Shown here one piece after another: positions 56,907 to 64,000 of a DNA stretch of 64,000 nucleotides. The DNA comes from Eledone cirrhosa (Eukaryota). The notes beneath the pieces are model-generated. The model made no database searches, was not told the DNA's origin, and saw nothing but the letters and a program-made list of their open reading frames with translations. Location: the NCBI GenBank assembly GCA_964016885.1, contig OZ024749.1:31000001-31064000 (forward strand), read 5' to 3'. Made by a program: the position numbers and the translations under genes. The stretch's first letter is position 1. Each line of letters begins with the position of its first letter.

Positions 56907-57423
56907 GACTGGAGTATGTGTGTATATATGTGTGTGTCTATACGTGTGTATATAAAGATAAGTTGAGTATGAAAATGTATACACATGAACGCGTATGCAT
57001 GTACATGTATATATGTGTATATATATATATGTATGCATGTGTATATGTATGTAAGTATGAGCATGTAAGTATGTGTATGTGAGTATATGTATTTTGTAGA
57101 GGTGTGTATATATGTTTGTGTGTGAATGCGTGGGCGAAAGGATACGTACACTTGAAAGAAAAATTTAAGTCTGAATGTTAATTAAGTGCAAACACAAAAC
57201 CAACCACGCATATCTATACTATCTCTAATCCTTCTATAGATTTAGAAAAATAACCAATAATATATTCTATAAAAATGTCAAAACAACAGATGGGAATCTA
57301 ATTACTCACTGCCACCAAAAATTCTCACTGCTATCAAAAAACCACTCCCTCAACTATTCTTCTAACAACTTCACCCCTCCCTCCTAATATTCTCTATAAA
57401 AACCAAACAGGTCCTCAGTAAAA

Positions 57424-57544
57424 TTATTCCGATGAAATGACAGTTGATAATAACATTGAAATATTGAATGTCTGCATAACTAATACTTTGTAGATAGCAG
57501 CTGTTTTCAGGTTATGTAACTGTTATAGAAACACGTATCAATAA
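57424..57544 (+). ncRNA. Hammerhead-like motif with about 92-nt stem II in the 3'UTR of PLE A; mirror at 52464-52584 (-)
   Basis: TTATT-C(C/T)GATGA-aATGACAGTTG...TAACTGTTATa-GAAAC ACGT ATC-AATAA. The left-arm copy has canonical CTGATGA. One mismatch in stem III. Confidence 0.5.
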
Positions 57545-57578
57545 ATTTCTTTTAACTAAACTGTATCCATTAAAATCC

Positions 57579-57684
<106 letters not shown>

Positions 57685-57904
57685 ACGTATGTATGTACGT
57701 ATGTATGTATCTATGTATGTATGTATCTATATAATGAATACAGTACCCAGAGCCTGCTTACACTATTTAGTGGATTGGCAGTATCGGTAGAGGGTCGGAC
57801 GCTATGCTTTGTAGCAAAGAGTTATGACCCTTTATTGTCTAAGTTCAAATCTCAGGTAGTCCTTTACAATGAAATAGCTCAAAGAAAGAAGTATTTCTGA
57901 GCCG

Positions 57905-58933
57905 TGTAATACAAGTTAATATAAATTAATATATTTGATAAACACAAATACCAACATATCCATGTTTGTATTGTAAATGACTAAGTTAGCTAGATTGAAA
58001 AATACTAATTATAATAATACAGTTTGCCTGTCTCGATTTAAAATAATAAATCAATAAAAACAAAGTATATTGGCAAATGGCCGTGGTGCTTGGACAAATC
58101 AAAATTTCAAAATCAAACCTGTTCCGTAGACTGGTTTAAACCTTAAAATCCAAATAAGTTTCGAAAAATGAAAGTGAAAGAATACCGCATTTCTATCTCC
58201 TCAGCAAGCACCAGAAAAATTGGTATGTTTCACTTCAAAATATTTAAAAAAGACTGTTTAACGCACATGTTTTTTCACACATGGTCATCCAGTGTCTAGC
58301 TACCGCATACTTGTGCTGCTAGAAATAACAGCCGTTTATATGGGGTTAAATTTAGCTCTACGTAAGGAGTAGTGATACTATTAATAATGAGTTCAAATCT
58401 CAGGTAGTCCTTTACAATGAAATAGCTCAAAGAAAGAAGTATTTCTGAGCCGTATATTAATATATTTGATAAATATTTTGAAATATTTTGAAATATTTTG
58501 AAATATTTTTAAATATTTAAAAATATAAACAATTGTAACACGCAATAAACTGAGTCCAGATGCATCACTGATTTTTTGTTTTTTTGAAATATTTTTAAAT
58601 ATTTTGAAGTGAAACATACCAATTTTTCTGGTGCTTGCTGAGGAGATAGGAATGCGGTATTCTTTCACTTTCATTTTACGAAACTTATTTGGATTTTAAG
58701 GTTCAAACCAGTCTACGGAACAGGTTTGATTTTGAAATTTAAATTTGTCCAAGCACCACGGCCATTTGCCAATATACTTTGTTTTTATTGATTTATCATT
58801 TTAAATCGAGACCGGCAAACTGTATTATTATAATTAGTATTTTTCAATCTAGCTAACTTAGTCATTTACAATACAAACATAGATATGTTGGTATTTGTGT
58901 TTATCAAATATATTAATTCATATTAACTTGTAT

Positions 58934-58937
<4 letters not shown>
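57905..58937. mobile_element. Inverted-repeat element, 345-bp arms each with a hammerhead
   Basis: 57905-58250 is the reverse complement of 58592-58937. Confidence 0.75.
58630..58757 (+). ncRNA. Type I hammerhead with long stem III; mirror at 58085-58212 (-)
   Basis: GGTGCTTG-CTGAGGA-(35 nt)-GAAAC-(62-nt GU-rich hairpin closing TCAAACC...GGTTTGA)-GTC-CAAGCACC. Perfect 8-bp stem I. Confidence 0.72.
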
Positions 58938-58975
<38 letters not shown>

Positions 58976-59574
58976 TAAATACATACGTACATACGTACTT
59001 ACATACATATATGTGTGTGTGAGTCCCTATGTGGAAGGTGAGAGGAAAAGGAATGTGAGAGAGAAGGGAATGTTCTGGCAACTATCATATAGATATCGAA
59101 TATGGGGAAACAAAGACGAGAACGTTATCAAAAGAGAAGAGTTGTGAGAGTGATAGAGAAATAACTGTAAAGTGAGGGGGGGGGGGGGCGTTGTCTGATG
59201 GAAAATATATATTTTATTTGTTTTATAAGGTTATTTAAGTGTACTGAGGACATATTCCAGTACACATTCAAATAGTAATACGCTAAAATATTAATATTTT
59301 ATAATATATAAACCATATAATGTTACGTGTGTATGTATATATATATACATATATAAGTATTTCCACAACAGTTAGTACACCATTACCAAGTGTACTTGTT
59401 TCACTGTATTCGCATCATTAGCTGATGATCCGTATAAGTTGAAACAATTGCTCTCGGTAATGGTGAACAAGCTGTTGTGGAACTACCTCTACCAGACTCG
59501 TCCCATGGACACTGAGTGCTCTACTACTACGGATATAACTTACCAGTGTTCTACTATTATATATATATATATAT

Positions 59575-59635
<61 letters not shown>

Positions 59636-59935
59636 TGGCAAAGCCGGCCATTTATCGCTGGTATACAGGAAACTGACTGGCCAGTCTGCTGCTATACAAA
59701 TCAGGCTGATCAGTGGATCTGCTAATATGCAGATCTGACTGATCAGCCAGTCTGCTAATATGCAACTCAGGCCGATGAGTTACTGTGTATTTTTGATAAT
59801 AGCTCTGACAGTTGGCAGGGGAACAGTGCGCTGTACTGATGAAGGGTTATACCCAGAAACATTAGTGTCTGTAGTTCTGTTCGCATGCCAACAGAAGAGC
59901 AAGAATGAAGTGTTAGTTCTACTGACAAGGCTATA

Positions 59936-60110
59936 AAATTGAGGCTTGTTTTTGTATAATTGAAAACGAATCGAATGTTATTAATATTAGAAAATCTCAG
60001 ATTACATTTATTATATATATATAATAAATGTAATAAATGTAATCTGAGATTTTCGAATATTAATAATACTATTCGATTCGTTTGCAATTATACAAACAAG
60101 CCTGAATTTT
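59936..60110. repeat. Imperfect palindrome centred on a short TA run
   Basis: 59936-60015 is the reverse complement of about 60020-60110. Confidence 0.8.
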
Positions 60111-60132
60111 ATATCCATGTCATATATATATA

Positions 60133-60435
60133 TAGTATAAAAAAAAACGAAAAATCAGTGATGCATCTGGACCCAGTTTATTGCGTGTTACAATTGTTTC
60201 GCCGGCAGGTAACTCGAGACATGATCACTGTATGGATCTGGCTGATTCTACGGCTGCAGGTTCCTTCGGACACATGCAAATCGTTCGGAGCAAATTTTCT
60301 CACAAGGAACCTGCAGCTGTAGAATCAGCCAGATCATACAGTGATCATGTCTCGAGCTACCCGCCGGCGAAACAATTGTAACACGCAATAAACTGAGTCC
60401 AGATACATTACTGATTTTTCGTTTTTTTATACTAT
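60133..60435. mobile_element. Fold-back element with hammerhead 3' half; fragment also at 58527-58585
   Basis: Arms 60133-60266 and 60304-60435. Right arm GCCGGC GAAAC AATT GTA ACACGC. Confidence 0.65.
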
Positions 60436-60517
60436 TCACACTCTGCTCTGTAAGAATATTGAGTGATAATTTTGGCATACCGCCTATGGAAGTACCATAG
60501 CTACCATTATACACACG

Positions 60518-60548
<31 letters not shown>

Positions 60549-61382
60549 AGGGAAATGCGAAGTTCGGTGTAGACTTTAAAGAGACCTTTATTAACAAAGC
60601 TGATACATATTTCAATGACGATCGTGATTACGCGTTTGTTCAATCACGTAACTAGTCACAAGATATGATCAGATAACATGTAAAAAGGTTTCGTTTTCGA
60701 GGCAGTTTAATCTAAAGATAATGGAACAGAGAGAAATGATAGTTTCCTCTCTGTGCGTGTGTGTATGCATATGTATGTGTGCCGGTGTGTCTATGTGGGA
60801 GGATCACGATGGGTCAATACTACTATATTTTTTTAGAAAATATATCTACATATGTACCTGCATTTTCATATGCATGTGTATGTATATGTAAGTGTACGAG
60901 TGTGTTTGTCTGATTATAATGGGACAATACAGCTATATGTATTGAGATAAATATCTTAAGGGACTCTGATACGATATGACATAAAAAATATAAAGGTACT
61001 GAAATGAATATAATAGCATATATCATATTTATAATAGAAACTTTGTATTACGGTGAGAAAACAGTAATGCAAACAATCATGTACTATAATTTCTTTCCAA
61101 ATGTCTATGGTTGCCGACAGAGAACAGATGAACATATGAAGAGCTTAATTTATAATTAAAAATATATTGATGAAAGGAAAATATCCCAGGGCGCAGAAAT
61201 CTTGAAAATTGTTTTGAATATTTCAAGACTTAATTTAATCAATAAATTATTAATATTAGATTTAACTCCCCTAAAAGTCAATTATGTGAGTAATTCCATG
61301 TAATATATTGCACATGATATATATATATATATATGTGTGTGTCTGTGTGTGTGTATGTGTGCGTATATGTATATATATATAC

Positions 61383-61437
<55 letters not shown>

Positions 61438-61557
61438 TATATACATATATACATATATATATATATATAAATATATATACATATGTATATATACACATAT
61501 ATATATATACACATATATACATACACACAGACACACACACACGCATATATATGTATG

Positions 61558-61630
<73 letters not shown>

Positions 61631-62154
61631 ATTCATGCACGCATATATGTTTGTGTGAATGTTTGTATATGTGTGTAGGTATATAGCTGCGTATAAAAAA
61701 AAGTAGATTTTTATCAACGTGAATAGTCGGCAAAAATTGATGACGATGGCAATCATAATTCTGATGATGATGATTAAGATGGTGTTGACGACATCGACGA
61801 CAATGATGCTGCTGCTGATGATGATGACGACGAAGATGCTGATGACCTCTACCACGACGATGATGATGATTATGTTAATATTATTGATGGTTTTGATGCT
61901 GATGTTGAAAATGAATATATAATGCTTATTGACAAAAACGATTAGTTTATTTTTTGCTACCAGGTATTTGCAGATACAGAATCTGGCTACAAAATAGATT
62001 ATAAGAAACACAGCATTATATATTAAATGAATGCAATTAAATTTGATTAGTTTCGAAATGAAGACTTTTAAAATAATTCAAACAAGAAGATATATGAAGC
62101 AAATTGTTTTTAAAATCGTTTGTGGTTTTCCTTTATCTTTACCCAGAACGCAAT

Positions 62155-62700
62155 ATTGGCAGTATCGGTAGAGAGTTGGACGCCATGCTTTCTAGCATAG
62201 TTACGTCCCTTTACAGTCTGAGTTCAAATCCCGCCGAGGTTAACTTTGCCTTTCATCCTTATGGGGTCGATAAAATAAAGTACCAGTAATACACTGAGAT
62301 AATTGCTGGCCTTGTGGTTAAAGTAGAAACAATTATTAATAGAGTTAATAATTTCCTGGCTTAAAACGTCAACTTTAATATCGAAAATAAATAGAATAGG
62401 TATAATAATTGTTTCTACTTTAGGCACAAGGCCAGCAATTAACCAGTACATTACTGGTACTTTATTTTATCGACCCCGTAAGGATGAAAGGCAAAGTTAA
62501 CCTCGGCGGGATTTGAACTCAGACTGTAAAGGGACGTAACTATGCTAGAAAGCATGGCGTCCATAGAATAGGTATAATAATTGATTCTAAGTTTGGCACA
62601 AGGCCACCAATTACCCAGTGCATTACTGGTACTTTATTTTATCGACCCCGTAAGGATGAAAGGCAAAGTTAACCTCGGCGGGATTTGAACTCAGAATGGC
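62155..62700. mobile_element. SINE cluster: 62155-62336 (+), 62405-62562 (-), 62575-62700 (-)
   Basis: Same family as 2455. ATAGAATAGGTATAATAATTG is duplicated at 62391 and 62563. Confidence 0.82.
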
Positions 62701-63536
62701 AAGCTGTGTCGCCCATTGCCTTTCCCTTGGACATCATCGGTGGTGTGCAGAAGGGGGACTGGTATGCATGGACGGCTTCGACAAACAACCTTGCCAGGGC
62801 TTGTGCCTCGGAGGGTAACTTTCTAGGTGCAAATCCTAGGGTCATTCGTGACCGAAGGGAGTCTTTACCAGGTGTAGAATTGGGATTATCTTCGTGGAAC
62901 GTTAATAATAAGTGGTAAATCAACGGTTCAAGAAGAGAGGCAAGATATACAGTTTTAAGTTATAAATATAACAAGCAATTTAAAGAGCATCGCTTATTGC
63001 TTCGAGGATTAGGCTCCTGATCAAAGTTTCCTGGTTTACGTAGTGTCCTTTGTGCACTTTAGATCACGTTGCTGCAATTTCTTCAACTGGAAAAAAGGAG
63101 TTTTGCTTATATTTCAAATGGTCAGCCTTATCACACACTCTGTCATTTTGAATCTTCCCGAGAGATATGTGTAGTGTTCATATATCTGTTCCATTCATCA
63201 CATCAAATAGGACACTCACCCTCGAAAGCAAAGGTGGTTCCACCAAGCATCTGAGGAATAATAAACAGCTATCATATATTTGGAAGCAGATATTTTGTTC
63301 TGTTCTCAGCATAGAACAAAAAATCACATCAACTTAATCCTAAGGAAGACCTCGTTTTGAATAGAAGATCAGAGATATTTTAAACATGCCGTCTCTTCGC
63401 AAAACACCTATTATGAAAACTAACAAATAGCACCTTAAATCGACTGAGAGTACACGAATGCAAACATGCACACATGCACACATATATAGTGCTCACAAAC
63501 ACTCACACACTGTTCACAGACAAACAAAGCACGCAC

Positions 63537-63584
<48 letters not shown>

Positions 63585-63649
63585 ATATATATATATATGA
63601 ATGCACCAATTTACGTCGATATATACGTGTGTACGCACTGATATATATA

Positions 63650-63750
<101 letters not shown>

Positions 63751-64000
63751 TTGTGTGTGAGAGCAATTCCTTGATATTATGAGACGTAGAGGGATCGTAT
63801 TTGACAATGGTGTTGTTGTTGTAGTTGGTATTTCTCTTGTTGCCGCTGCTGTGCATTCCCATTGATACGTTTGTCCGTTATTGGGGCTGCCTTTCTATTT
63901 CTATATGTGTAACAGCAACTGTCATTTTATGTCTGTTTATATATCTTTACACTATTTTGTGTGTATCATTGTGTTTATGTGTGTGTGTGTGTACGTATGT

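Overview
AT-rich animal DNA packed with microsatellites and transposons. The SINE and LINE repertoire and the long (TA)n/(CA)n tracts look cephalopod (Octopus-like); this is inference. No host gene could be supported. Elements read directly: a full-length Tx1/L1-clade LINE inside (AAT)n, two 5'-truncated Tx1 copies in (ATCT)n, a complete RTE LINE with a precise 5' inversion, a Dong/R4-type 3' fragment, a DD37D (maT) transposon, a mini-mariner, about 15 tRNA-derived SINEs, a 19x68-bp minisatellite and two nested Penelope-like elements (PLEs). The main signal is RNA structure, not coding sequence. A 4.7-kb array of near-identical 310-bp units (46333-51061) carries one type I hammerhead ribozyme (HHR) per unit, 15 in total, and flips orientation exactly at a UUCG hairpin. 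It is a candidate retrozyme (self-cleaving circRNA) locus with PLE-like insertion architecture. About seven other unrelated HHR families lie nearby, plus many small palindromes in (TA)n that keep only the 3' half of an HHR and are centred on its stem II. This suggests a shared fold-back reverse-transcription mechanism. All ribozyme calls were made by eye and need folding, covariance-model and cleavage tests.
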